From a bacterium (GTDB lineage: Bacteria > Hydrothermota > 32-111): a DNA stretch of 30,695 nt. The stretch covers positions 1 to 30,695 of the forward strand of contig JBFXGO010000032.1 in the NCBI GenBank assembly GCA_050239825.1, in the 5' to 3' direction. Of the stretch, positions 16,427 through 25,200 are shown one piece after another. The stretch's first letter is position 1. Each line of letters begins with the position of its first letter. The notes beneath the pieces are model-generated. The model was not told the origin of the DNA. It saw only the letters and a list, made by a program, of their open reading frames with translations, and ran no database searches. The translations under genes were made by a program, and so were the position numbers.

Positions 16427-17087
16427 TATTATCACCGGCCTCTTCGTTGCAGTGCTTATCATATCCAACATTGTCTCTGTTAAGGTTTTAAAGTTCGGTC
16501 CCTTCACTTTTGACGGAGGCACACTCATCTTTCCTCTTGCCTATATTTTCGGCGATATACTTACAGAGGTGTACGGATATGAAAGGTCGAAACGAGTAAT
16601 CTGGATAGGATTCTTTTCTTGCCTGCTGATGTCTCTGACATTTTTCATTGTGGGTTATCTTCCTGCAGATGCAGGATGGCCGCTTCAGAATTCGTATAAT
16701 GACATACTCGGATTTGTACCCAGAATAGTTCTTGCCTCCCTGCTCGCTTATCTTTTCGGAGAATTTTCAAACTCATTCATTCTTTCAAAAATGAAAATTA
16801 TGACAAAAGGCAGATTTCTTTTTCTGCGCACTATTGGGTCAACATTAGTGGGCCAGATATTCGACACAGGTATATTCGTTTTTGCCGCTTTCGCCGGTAT
16901 ATATGAGGTAAAATTGCTTGTTTCAATTGCAGTTTCAAATTACATATTCAAGGTTGTTGTAGAGACAATAATGACTCCTCTTACATACATGACAATCAAC
17001 CGCCTCAAAAGAAAGGATGATTCGGATGTATATGATGACAAGGTCTCATACAATCCGTTTAAATTCTCTCAGTCATCTTCCGACTGA
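16404..17087 (+). CDS. yhhQ: Queuosine precursor transporter (YhhQ/QPTR family; start re-called to 16404)
   Basis: ISNIVSVK, FPLAYIFGDILTEVYG, PRIVLASLLAY and RTIGSTLVGQIFDT. Confidence 0.9.
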   Translation: MKKSTSLDIITGLFVAVLIISNIVSVKVLKFGPFTFDGGTLIFPLAYIFGDILTEVYGYERSKRVIWIGFFSCLLMSLTFFIVGYLPADAGWPLQNSYNDILGFVPRIVLASLLAYLFGEFSNSFILSKMKIMTKGRFLFLRTIGSTLVGQIFDTGIFVFAAFAGIYEVKLLVSIAVSNYIFKVVVETIMTPLTYMTINRLKRKDDSDVYDDKVSYNPFKFSQSSSD

Positions 17088-18362
17088 AAAATAATTGAAT
17101 CCCATTTTTTTCATTATGTGCGGCTCATAAGTATTTCTTCCGTCAAAGAAAATCGAACCTTTCATAAGCTTTTTCATTTTCTTCAAATCGGCGTTCTTGA
17201 ACTCAGCCCATTCAGTTACCAATATAGCTATATCAGCTCCCTTAACGCATTCATAAGCATTGTCTGCAAATGCAACGGTTTTACCGAGAGTTTTTTTTGC
17301 ATTTTCCATCGCAACCGGGTCGTAAACCGTCAATAGAGCTTTCTCCTTTAAAAGAAGCTTTATGAGTTTCAATGAAGGAGACTCCCTAAGGTCGTCCGTA
17401 TCCGGTTTGAAAGAGAGTCCTAGGACTGCCACTCTGCTGTTTTTAAGACGCGCTGTCTTTTTTATTCTACCGAAAAATCTCTCTATCCTGCTTTCATTGA
17501 CTCTCTTCACTTCCCTGAGAATTGAAAAATCATAACCGAATTCCCTGGCTGTGAATATAAGTGAACCCACATCTTTTGGGAAGCAAGAACCGCCATAACC
17601 GATACCTGCATTCAAAAACTGCCTTCCGATCCTTTTATCCAATCCTATGCCTTCGGCAATCTCCTCAACATCCGAATCAGTCAACTCCGCAATGTCAGCC
17701 AGAGAATTTATGAATGAAATCTTCGTCGCAAGGAATGAATTGGATGCATATTTTATAAGTTCGGCGCTTTTGAGTTTGGTGACTTTTACCACTGTATTCA
17801 TATCCTGGTATATTTCAACCACCTTCATTGCGGCCGCAGTATTTTCAGCGCCTATTATAACTCTGTCAGGATGAAGGGTATCACCTATCGCCTGTCCTTC
17901 CCTCAAAAATTCGGGATTTGACACCACATCGAATTTATACTTTTTTTTCTGATTTTGCTTTATTATTCTTTCGACAAGATTACCTGTTCCGACGGGAACT
18001 GTGGATTTATTGACAACGACTTTGTACCCGTTCATCCATACGGCGATATCCTTAGCAACTGCCTTGACGCTTCCGAGATTTGTCTGCCAGTTTTCTTTCG
18101 GCATTGTGTCGACAGCAATCATTATCAGATCTGATTTCTGCACGGCTTCCTTTATGTCGTATGTGTAGGAGAGTCTGCCTTCATCATGATTCTTTGCAGC
18201 CATCTCTTTAAGACCCGGTTCGTAAATTGGCATTATTCCCTTTTTGAGATTATCTATCTTTTTTTTATCCTTGTCCATGCAAATTACATTGTGTCCGAGA
18301 TGCGCAAAGACAACACCCGTAACCAGGCCCACATAACCTGTGCCGATAACTGATATTTTCAT
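17073..18362 (-). CDS. ugd: UDP-glucose/GDP-mannose 6-dehydrogenase
   Basis: GTGYVG, KSTVPVGT, SNPEFLREG, catalytic GYGGSCFPKD and FKPDTDDLRESP. Confidence 0.95.
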   Translation of the reverse strand: MKISVIGTGYVGLVTGVVFAHLGHNVICMDKDKKKIDNLKKGIMPIYEPGLKEMAAKNHDEGRLSYTYDIKEAVQKSDLIMIAVDTMPKENWQTNLGSVKAVAKDIAVWMNGYKVVVNKSTVPVGTGNLVERIIKQNQKKKYKFDVVSNPEFLREGQAIGDTLHPDRVIIGAENTAAAMKVVEIYQDMNTVVKVTKLKSAELIKYASNSFLATKISFINSLADIAELTDSDVEEIAEGIGLDKRIGRQFLNAGIGYGGSCFPKDVGSLIFTAREFGYDFSILREVKRVNESRIERFFGRIKKTARLKNSRVAVLGLSFKPDTDDLRESPSLKLIKLLLKEKALLTVYDPVAMENAKKTLGKTVAFADNAYECVKGADIAILVTEWAEFKNADLKKMKKLMKGSIFFDGRNTYEPHIMKKMGFNYFSVGR

Positions 18363-18372
18363 AGTTTCTCTC

Positions 18373-18828
18373 CTATCTGAAGACTATTTCCCAATTATAG
18401 GGTATTTTTTTAGTATTGAACGGGATGCGGATTTCATCCGGGTTAGCCGCATCGTAAGGTTCGGTGATTGTCGATATGACAATGCTCTCCTTCTCACTTA
18501 TGCATTTCCAGCCATGATATACTCCGCAAGGGATCTTTATAAGAGAATAATTGTATTCGCCTATAAAGTATTCCTCTATCTTACCATATGTGGGACTCTT
18601 CTCTCTGTCATCGAACAGAACCATCTTTATCATTCCGCTTACGCACACAACATAGTCAATCTGTTTTTTATGACAATGCCATGCCTTCACAACCTGCGGA
18701 TAATTTGTGGTCATATAAACCTGTCCGAATTTCGTGAAAAATTCGTCATCGTTTCTTACAAGCTCCATCACTCTGCCTCTCTCATCGCAGTGCGCTTTCA
18801 GCTCCTTGACAACAGCTCCTTCTATCAT
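18373..18828 (-). CDS. dTDP-4-dehydrorhamnose 3,5-epimerase (RmlC)-family cupin
   Basis: DERG, KAWHCHKKQ and IPCGVYHGW cupin motifs. Confidence 0.85.
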   Translation of the reverse strand: MIEGAVVKELKAHCDERGRVMELVRNDDEFFTKFGQVYMTTNYPQVVKAWHCHKKQIDYVVCVSGMIKMVLFDDREKSPTYGKIEEYFIGEYNYSLIKIPCGVYHGWKCISEKESIVISTITEPYDAANPDEIRIPFNTKKIPYNWEIVFR

Positions 18829-18837
18829 TATGCCTCC

Positions 18838-20778
18838 TTATTTTTTTACAATGTTATATGCTATCTTGTAAAGGTGGAAATTGATTCTCTCATAATCATT
18901 CAGCAGGTCAAGGTGCAAAGTGGATGTTTCAATAGATTCCTTCAATCCCTCTTTCAGGCGCTTTATATGATTATTATGCAGATCATTCAAAACAGATAGG
19001 ACATATTCTCTTCTCTTCAAAACCTCGTTTGCCGCCTTTTCATCGTACAATGTGAGAGCGGAGATAGTCATCTCATAGGTCTTCATTACTTCTGAATAAA
19101 ACATCTTCAGTTCCTGAAAACCTTCTTCAGAAAAATAATAATTGTTGTCTATTTTCTTCTTCACAGATGTCATTATATTTTTACTGATAACATCGCCGAT
19201 ATGTTCAATCTCATCAACTATGTATAGCATGTCCTGTGTTTTTTTAGATACCTGGTCTGAAGCATCTTCGGTATATATTGAAACTAAAAACATTGTTATT
19301 GACTTCTCATATTCATCTATAGTATTGTCCTCCTGTATTGTCTCCTTAAGAAGAATAGAATCATTTGTTTTTAAAACTAAAAATGATTTCTCTATCATCT
19401 CCCCAGCCAATTCCATCATTGAAATTATGTCTCTAAGACCTTTAGATAAAGCCACTGTGGGATTCTTAACAATATTCTCCCTGACCATCTTTTCGCCGTC
19501 TTTTGAAATCGCCGAAACCTTTATAAATTTGGAAAAATAATTTATGAGAGGAAGCATAATTATTATAATCAATGCAAAAAGAAGATTGTATGCAAGATGT
19601 GTATTCGCAATGCCTCTCGCGGAGAGCACATTATCCGTGAGTATAGCTTGATACTTTATCATCGCGAATATGAAGATGACCGATGCAATAATCTTTGATG
19701 TTATGTTGATTGAAGTCAGATATCTCGCCTTCTCATCGCCTTTAAGTCCGGCAAAAGCGGAGGTGAATGATGTTCCGAGATTTGAAGCCGCGACCATAAC
19801 TATTATTGCCCGATAGTCGGATATTCCGGAGAGGAAGAGTCCTATAACCAAAGCTACAATGACTGCTGAAGAATGCACTAAAAAAGTAAAGAATGCTGTA
19901 AAGACAAATAGAATCGGTAGATTTCTATTCATAAGTTTTATGGCATTTTCAAACATCTGCGTGTTCTCGAGAGGAAGCATGGTATTTGCCATCATTTGTA
20001 TAGCATAAAATATTAAACCGAAACCCATTATTGACATTCCTAAATACTTCATTTTTTTTGATTTTTCATCAATATAGAATCCCAGAATTATCATAACAAG
20101 CGAGAAGAATGATATATCAAAAGCTATGAGCTGGACTATAAGGGAAGTGCCAATTGCAGAACCAGCGAACATATAGACCGCTCCGGCTATAGATATAAGT
20201 CCATCCGATACAAATGAAATCACCATTACTGAAAATAGAGTTGATGACTGCATCATAAGAGTGAGCACTATTCCCGAAAGAAAGCCTTTGATGTTAGATC
20301 CGGTAAGATTCCATAAGATTTCTTTAAGCCTATATCCGGATATCCTTGATATTCCCTTAGATGAGAACCTTAAGCCCAGCATGAAGAGAACCAGTCCGAA
20401 GAGCATTTGGAGCACAACCACCCAAACCTTCGGGGATTCCTCTATCTTAACAGAAAAATTTAAAACCTTTTCTTTTTCTTTTGAAAGAACTTCTATATGA
20501 TATTCACCCGCTTCAATTTTGCGTGGATCGATTTCTATTCTTGATATTCCCAGAGAATCACGGATTATGGGAAGCGTATCAGACCCATTTCCCCAAAATA
20601 CAAAATATGATGTGTCATCCGGAGAGATGAATTTAAGATTAAAGGGATTATCCATTTTTCCTTTAACGGAATTGTTATTTGATATATCATTGCTCTCCGG
20701 GTCGGTCAGATACTGATAATCGGCTGAAAACAGATTCAATGCGGCCAAACAAGCAATGATAAGAAAAATTCTATTCAT
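18838..20778 (-). CDS. Na/Pi cotransporter (NptA/YjbB family) with PhoU domains and an N-terminal extracytoplasmic domain (start re-called to 20778)
   Basis: QSS and HSS repeats, IGTS/NLGTS, ANTH, and PhoU repeats (EHIGD, ERIN). Signal peptide MNRIFLIIACLAAL. Confidence 0.88.
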   Translation of the reverse strand: MNRIFLIIACLAALNLFSADYQYLTDPESNDISNNNSVKGKMDNPFNLKFISPDDTSYFVFWGNGSDTLPIIRDSLGISRIEIDPRKIEAGEYHIEVLSKEKEKVLNFSVKIEESPKVWVVVLQMLFGLVLFMLGLRFSSKGISRISGYRLKEILWNLTGSNIKGFLSGIVLTLMMQSSTLFSVMVISFVSDGLISIAGAVYMFAGSAIGTSLIVQLIAFDISFFSLVMIILGFYIDEKSKKMKYLGMSIMGFGLIFYAIQMMANTMLPLENTQMFENAIKLMNRNLPILFVFTAFFTFLVHSSAVIVALVIGLFLSGISDYRAIIVMVAASNLGTSFTSAFAGLKGDEKARYLTSINITSKIIASVIFIFAMIKYQAILTDNVLSARGIANTHLAYNLLFALIIIIMLPLINYFSKFIKVSAISKDGEKMVRENIVKNPTVALSKGLRDIISMMELAGEMIEKSFLVLKTNDSILLKETIQEDNTIDEYEKSITMFLVSIYTEDASDQVSKKTQDMLYIVDEIEHIGDVISKNIMTSVKKKIDNNYYFSEEGFQELKMFYSEVMKTYEMTISALTLYDEKAANEVLKRREYVLSVLNDLHNNHIKRLKEGLKESIETSTLHLDLLNDYERINFHLYKIAYNIVKK

Positions 20779-21478
20779 TCGTGAATTGGTCCTTCGTGAA
20801 TTGCCTGAATTCTCCGGGAACCATCTTAAAAACTTTAAGATTTCCAATGGAGATCCTCGCCAGAGAGATCACCGGATGCCCTACAGCTTTAAGAATGTTC
20901 CTTATCTCATGATTCTTCCCATGCGTAATATAAACTTCTATCTCTGATTTGTCCTTTGATTCATAATAGTGCTTTTCCACAATCTTATCCACTTTCAGAA
21001 GAGTGTTTTCAACATAAAGCCCCTTTTTCATCCTTTCAATCTCACCCTCTTTGACTCTTCCAAAAACAAGGGCATGATATACTTTTTTGACTTTATTTTT
21101 CGGATGAGTCAGATAGTTTATGAATTCGCCGTCATCGGTGAGAATTATCAAACCCTCAGTATTGCAGTCAAGCCGTCCGGCAGGTCTGAGATGAGCAAAC
21201 TTCTTCGGTATCAGGTCCATCACAGTCTCCCTTCCCTTGTCATCGTTTCTGGTGGTAATTATGCCCTTGGGTTTGTTGAGAATAATGTATGTAAAATGAG
21301 TCTTATTCAAATTGACTTTTTCACTGTCAATCTCTATCTCATCTCCTTCGTCGACAAACATTCCGAGCTCGGCGATCTTTCTGTTAACAGAAACTCTGTG
21401 TTCTCCAATCAGTTTGTCCACTGCGCGGCGGGATAGGCCGGTTGCATTAGACAAAAATTTGTTAATCCTCTCTTTCAT
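20771..21478 (-). CDS. rluB: RsuA/RluB-family rRNA pseudouridine synthase
   Basis: N-terminal S4 domain, LNKPKG, catalytic GRLD and GKNHEIR. Follows scpB. Confidence 0.85.
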   Translation of the reverse strand: MKERINKFLSNATGLSRRAVDKLIGEHRVSVNRKIAELGMFVDEGDEIEIDSEKVNLNKTHFTYIILNKPKGIITTRNDDKGRETVMDLIPKKFAHLRPAGRLDCNTEGLIILTDDGEFINYLTHPKNKVKKVYHALVFGRVKEGEIERMKKGLYVENTLLKVDKIVEKHYYESKDKSEIEVYITHGKNHEIRNILKAVGHPVISLARISIGNLKVFKMVPGEFRQFTKDQFTNE

Positions 21479-22016
21479 TGAATAAATTCTCCTGCTTTGG
21501 GGTTTCTCCGGCTATCTCTTCTATTGATGGAAGCTCCCTGAGCGATGAAATCTTGAAGTAAGTCAAAAATTTCTTTGTAGTATGGTAAAGCGATGGCTTC
21601 CCCGGAAGGTCAGCACTGCCTCTTCTGGTTACGAGGTCCCTGTCAAGCAGAGTCTTTATCACTCCGTCGCAGTTGACTCCTCTGATATCCTCAACCTCTT
21701 GTTTTGTAAGGGGCTGTTTATAAGCTATTATAGCGAGTGTCTCAAGAGCCGGTGTACTGAGTCGCGACATTTTTCTATTGCCGTAAAATTTTTCAAGAAT
21801 CTCTGCGAATTGTGGTTTTGTAACCATTTGGTACCCTCCCGCAGAATCAATTATCATTATTCCCGACTCAGGAACATTGTACTTCTCCTTCAGAAATTCA
21901 ATCACCTGAAGAAATAGTGTGCGGTCTATCCCCAATAATTTTATCAAAGCATCCCTTTCGACAGGTTCAGATGATGAGAATAATATAGCTTCGACTTCAG
22001 GAATTAATCTTTCCAT
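21462..22016 (-). CDS. scpB: SMC-Scp complex subunit ScpB
   Basis: EAILF, LSTPALETLAIIAYKQP, IRGVN and YHTTKKFL. Confidence 0.95.
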   Translation of the reverse strand: MERLIPEVEAILFSSSEPVERDALIKLLGIDRTLFLQVIEFLKEKYNVPESGIMIIDSAGGYQMVTKPQFAEILEKFYGNRKMSRLSTPALETLAIIAYKQPLTKQEVEDIRGVNCDGVIKTLLDRDLVTRRGSADLPGKPSLYHTTKKFLTYFKISSLRELPSIEEIAGETPKQENLFNERED

Positions 22017-22949
22017 TTAATCCTCCACAACGCTAATTTTGTTGTTAAAACCCTTCATTACCAGCCCCTTAAGCTCCAGCTGAGTCAGTGTGGCCGCAGT
22101 CACTGCGTAAGGAAGTTCGTTTGATTTCATCATTTCATTGATATCCCTGTATTTCTTCACCATTTGAAATACTATCTCCTCCTCTTCGGTAAGTTTTGTT
22201 TTCACATGTTTTTTCAGTGAAATTCCGGGCAGAAGGTCTTTCGTATATATAGGGATTGCACCTCTGTAAATTGCATAATTCGGCGCATAAGAAAGTTTGT
22301 TTGTAATCTCGCCCGGAAGTGCATACACCTGCTTTTGAAGCTTTAAAGCATGTGACAGAGTGCTCAATGTTCCGCTTTTCATGGCTCCCTGAGTTATTAT
22401 AACAATATCTGATATTGCGGCTATTATGTGATTTCTCTGAATGAAATTAAGTTTCATTGCTTTTATATACGGAGAATACTCTGTTAATAGCAATCCGTTT
22501 TCTTTGACTTCATCCCTCAATTTTTCATTGGAGGCAGGGTATATGTTCGCAAATCCGCCGGGCAGAACTCCTATTGTCGGTATGTTGTTCTCGAGAGATG
22601 CAGTGTGTACGAGAGAATCAATACCTTCAGCGAATCCGCTTACAGTGGCTATCTCCCTGTTTCTGTACCTTCTGATTATATCTGTCACAGCTCTCACGGC
22701 ATACTCGTCGGGTTTTCTCGTTCCAACAATTCCTATTCTGAATTTTCTGAGAGACTCTCTCTTTCCAAGTCCGAAAAAAATATTTGGTATCAGTTTTGAT
22801 TGAGATATTCTGGGAATTTCAGACGGTTTTAGAGTGAAAACTTTGTTTCTTTCCATGTAATCCAATGATTTTTGAACATACGACTTGTTCATTGAATGCA
22901 GGTCAATCTGCTCTTCTACAATCTTCATCATCTGAGAATCATCCGCCAT
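22017..22949 (-). CDS. dprA: DNA processing protein DprA/Smf, N-terminally short
   Basis: IGIVGTR, VSGFAEGID, FIQRNHIIAAIS, KSGTLST and VYALPG, plus a C-terminal winged helix (LELKG). Confidence 0.9.
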   Translation of the reverse strand: MADDSQMMKIVEEQIDLHSMNKSYVQKSLDYMERNKVFTLKPSEIPRISQSKLIPNIFFGLGKRESLRKFRIGIVGTRKPDEYAVRAVTDIIRRYRNREIATVSGFAEGIDSLVHTASLENNIPTIGVLPGGFANIYPASNEKLRDEVKENGLLLTEYSPYIKAMKLNFIQRNHIIAAISDIVIITQGAMKSGTLSTLSHALKLQKQVYALPGEITNKLSYAPNYAIYRGAIPIYTKDLLPGISLKKHVKTKLTEEEEIVFQMVKKYRDINEMMKSNELPYAVTAATLTQLELKGLVMKGFNNKISVVED

Positions 22950-23913
22950 ATATCTCCCTGAATAGAATTGATTCTATTCCGCCATTGTCATTTTTGAGGA
23001 GCGATGCAAAGGTATATTCAACTTCTAATTTTTCAATCCCTTTTACTTCAATCTTCTTTGTTTTAAGAAGGTCTGTCTTGTTGAATATTACTATCCGCTT
23101 TTTTCTTAAAAGTTTTCTGTCATAGTTTTCAAGCTCCTTTGAGAGGACTTTGTAAGTTTCAACAGGGTCTTTATCTGTTATGTCTATTATGAATAAAATC
23201 ACATTCACCCTGCTGATGTGTTTTAAGAATCTGTTGCCCAGACCTTTCCCTTCCGAAGCACCTTCAATAATTCCGGGAATGTCTGCCACTCTTATCACCT
23301 TTGTTCCATCCGAAAGAATCCCTAAATTAGGTTCAAGCGTAGTGAACGGATAGTCCGCAATTTTAGGATTTGCATGGGTTACGGACTTCAGAAATGTTGA
23401 TTTTCCGGCATTCGGAAGACCGACAAGACCTACATCGGCTATGAGCCGCAGTTCAAGAAGTATCTCCTCCTCCTCGCCGTCCCTTCCCTTTTCCGTGCGT
23501 CTGGGCGCGCGGTTTATTGAGGATTTGAAATGCACATTGCCTCTACCGCCTCTGCCGCCTTTTAGAAATATATATTCGCCTTCCAGTATCTCCAAAAGTT
23601 CATTTCCGTCTTTATCGGTGACTATCGTTCCGGGCGGAACCATTATCACGGCGTCTTTTCCGTCCCTCCCGAATTTTTTCTGGTCCATTCCGTCCTCTCC
23701 GTCCTCAGCTCTGAAATGGTGTTTGTACCGAAGATGGTTGAGTGTGAACATTGAGCGGTCAACTCTGAATATGACATGCCCTCCTCTTCCTCCGTCTCCT
23801 CCGTCAGGGCCTCCACGAGGTATGTACTTCTCTCTCCTGAATGAAGCCGAACCGTCTCCTCCTTTTCCTGATTTGAGAAACAGGGTGACTCTGTCTATAT
23901 ATCTGCTTTTCAT
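22939..23913 (-). CDS. obgE: GTPase ObgE/CgtA
   Basis: FRREKYIPRGGPDGGDGG, GLPNAGKST, YPFTT, DIPG and NKTD. Confidence 0.97.
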   Translation of the reverse strand: MKSRYIDRVTLFLKSGKGGDGSASFRREKYIPRGGPDGGDGGRGGHVIFRVDRSMFTLNHLRYKHHFRAEDGEDGMDQKKFGRDGKDAVIMVPPGTIVTDKDGNELLEILEGEYIFLKGGRGGRGNVHFKSSINRAPRRTEKGRDGEEEEILLELRLIADVGLVGLPNAGKSTFLKSVTHANPKIADYPFTTLEPNLGILSDGTKVIRVADIPGIIEGASEGKGLGNRFLKHISRVNVILFIIDITDKDPVETYKVLSKELENYDRKLLRKKRIVIFNKTDLLKTKKIEVKGIEKLEVEYTFASLLKNDNGGIESILFREIYGG

Positions 23914-25094
23914 GTATATTTTTTTACAAAATCATTTATTCGGGTCAATCCCTTCTTTATCTCATCAAGAGATGCGGCGTATGAGATTCTAAGCCAGCCC
24001 TCCGCTCCGAAAGCTCCGCCCGGGATTACCGCAACATTGTACCCTTCAAGGAGTTTCGTGCATACTGCCTCTGAATCAGGATACCTGTCCCTGTTCTCTT
24101 CAATAATTTTTCTAAAATCCAAAAAGAGATAAAAGGCACCCATAGGTTCAATGAAATCCACATTTTTCACTTTCTTCATGTAATCAAGAACAAACTCGCG
24201 CCTCTTGGCAAATTCCGAAATCATCTTGCCCGCAACCGACGGGTCTGTCTTCAATGCGGCTATTGCGGCTTTTTGTGAAATCGATGAAGGACAAGATGTG
24301 GAATGAGTCTGCACCATCAATGTTTTCTCAACGAGCTTTTTCTCTCCTCCAAGAAAACCGATTCTCCAGCCTGTCATCGCATAAGTTTTAGACAATCCGT
24401 TGACTGTGAATGTAAGATTCTTTATATCATCATTGAAAGAAGCAATTGAATAATGTTTGTGGGGAGGATAAATGATTTTTTCATAAATTTCATCTGATAT
24501 GCAGTATATTCCATGTTTGACTACAAGATATGCAAAGTCCCTCAGTTCGTTTTCGGAATAGACGACTCCTGTAGGATTATTGGGTGAATTTATAATTATC
24601 ATTCTCGTCTTTGAAGTTATCTTTTCCTCAATTCTCTTTACATTCAGCTTGAAATTATCAAGAGAGGTGTCTACTATAACCGGGACGGCTCCGGTCATCT
24701 TTATCATCTCGATATATGAAACCCAGAACGGAGCCAGTATGATTACTTCGCTGTCTTCATCGCACAGGGCCTGTAGCACATTATATATTGACTGCTTGGC
24801 GCCTGTTGAGACAATTATGTTCTCGTTTTTGTAATCAATGGAATTGTCTTTTTTGAATTTTTCGCAGACAAGTTCAAGAAGCTCTGAAACACCCCTCACC
24901 GGAGTATAACCTGTAAATCCGTCCTTTATAGCTTTTATAGCATAATCCTTAATCTCGTCCGGAGTGTCGAAATCAGGCTCTCCAGCCGCAAGTATCGCAA
25001 CATCCGCGCCTCTGTTTTTCATAGATTTTGCCAGAGCGGTTATTTTAAGAGTGGATGAGTCACCCACATTGGCAAATCTCTTCGATATCTTCAT
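23910..25094 (-). CDS. aspC: PLP-dependent class I aminotransferase (aspartate aminotransferase-like)
   Basis: GEPDF, NSPNNPTG, SDEIYE and the PLP-lysine motif SKTYAMTGWRIG. Confidence 0.9.
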   Translation of the reverse strand: MKISKRFANVGDSSTLKITALAKSMKNRGADVAILAAGEPDFDTPDEIKDYAIKAIKDGFTGYTPVRGVSELLELVCEKFKKDNSIDYKNENIIVSTGAKQSIYNVLQALCDEDSEVIILAPFWVSYIEMIKMTGAVPVIVDTSLDNFKLNVKRIEEKITSKTRMIIINSPNNPTGVVYSENELRDFAYLVVKHGIYCISDEIYEKIIYPPHKHYSIASFNDDIKNLTFTVNGLSKTYAMTGWRIGFLGGEKKLVEKTLMVQTHSTSCPSSISQKAAIAALKTDPSVAGKMISEFAKRREFVLDYMKKVKNVDFIEPMGAFYLFLDFRKIIEENRDRYPDSEAVCTKLLEGYNVAVIPGGAFGAEGWLRISYAASLDEIKKGLTRINDFVKKYT

Positions 25095-25122
25095 TTATAA
25101 CTCCTTTTTAAAATAATATTTT

Positions 25123-25150
25123 ATTATATCAGAAAACTTATTTATATCAA
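25123..25150 (-). promoter_or_regulatory. sigma70-type promoter for the aminotransferase-obgE operon
   Basis: TTGATA-16 nt-TATAAT, followed by an AAGGAG SD before the ATG at 25094. Confidence 0.6.
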
Positions 25151-25165
25151 GAGCGGGGATATGAG

Positions 25166-25193
25166 AAGGGAGACCTGCACTTTGGTCTCCCTT
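25166..25193 (-). terminator. Hairpin downstream of pyrG, likely intrinsic terminator
   Basis: 10-bp stem AAGGGAGACC/GGTCTCCCTT with an 8-nt loop, 7 nt past the pyrG stop. Weak U-tract on the coding strand. Confidence 0.6.
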
Positions 25194-25200
25194 TTGTCAA

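Noticed and set aside
17073..18828. Polysaccharide biosynthesis locus
   Set aside because: Only two nucleotide-sugar genes at the end of a mixed operon, with no glycosyltransferases or export genes.
18340..18999. 219-aa plus-strand ORF and other long antisense ORFs (e.g. 23441..23992, 3980..4453)
   Set aside because: Antisense to well-supported conserved genes and without recognisable motifs.
23477..23667. CCGTCCC matches inside obgE resembling the TIR core
   Set aside because: Only 7-bp matches encoding GRDG in a conserved coding region, with no further similarity to the TIR.
22939..23913. ObgE lacking a C-terminal domain
   Set aside because: Short Obg proteins are common in many bacterial phyla.
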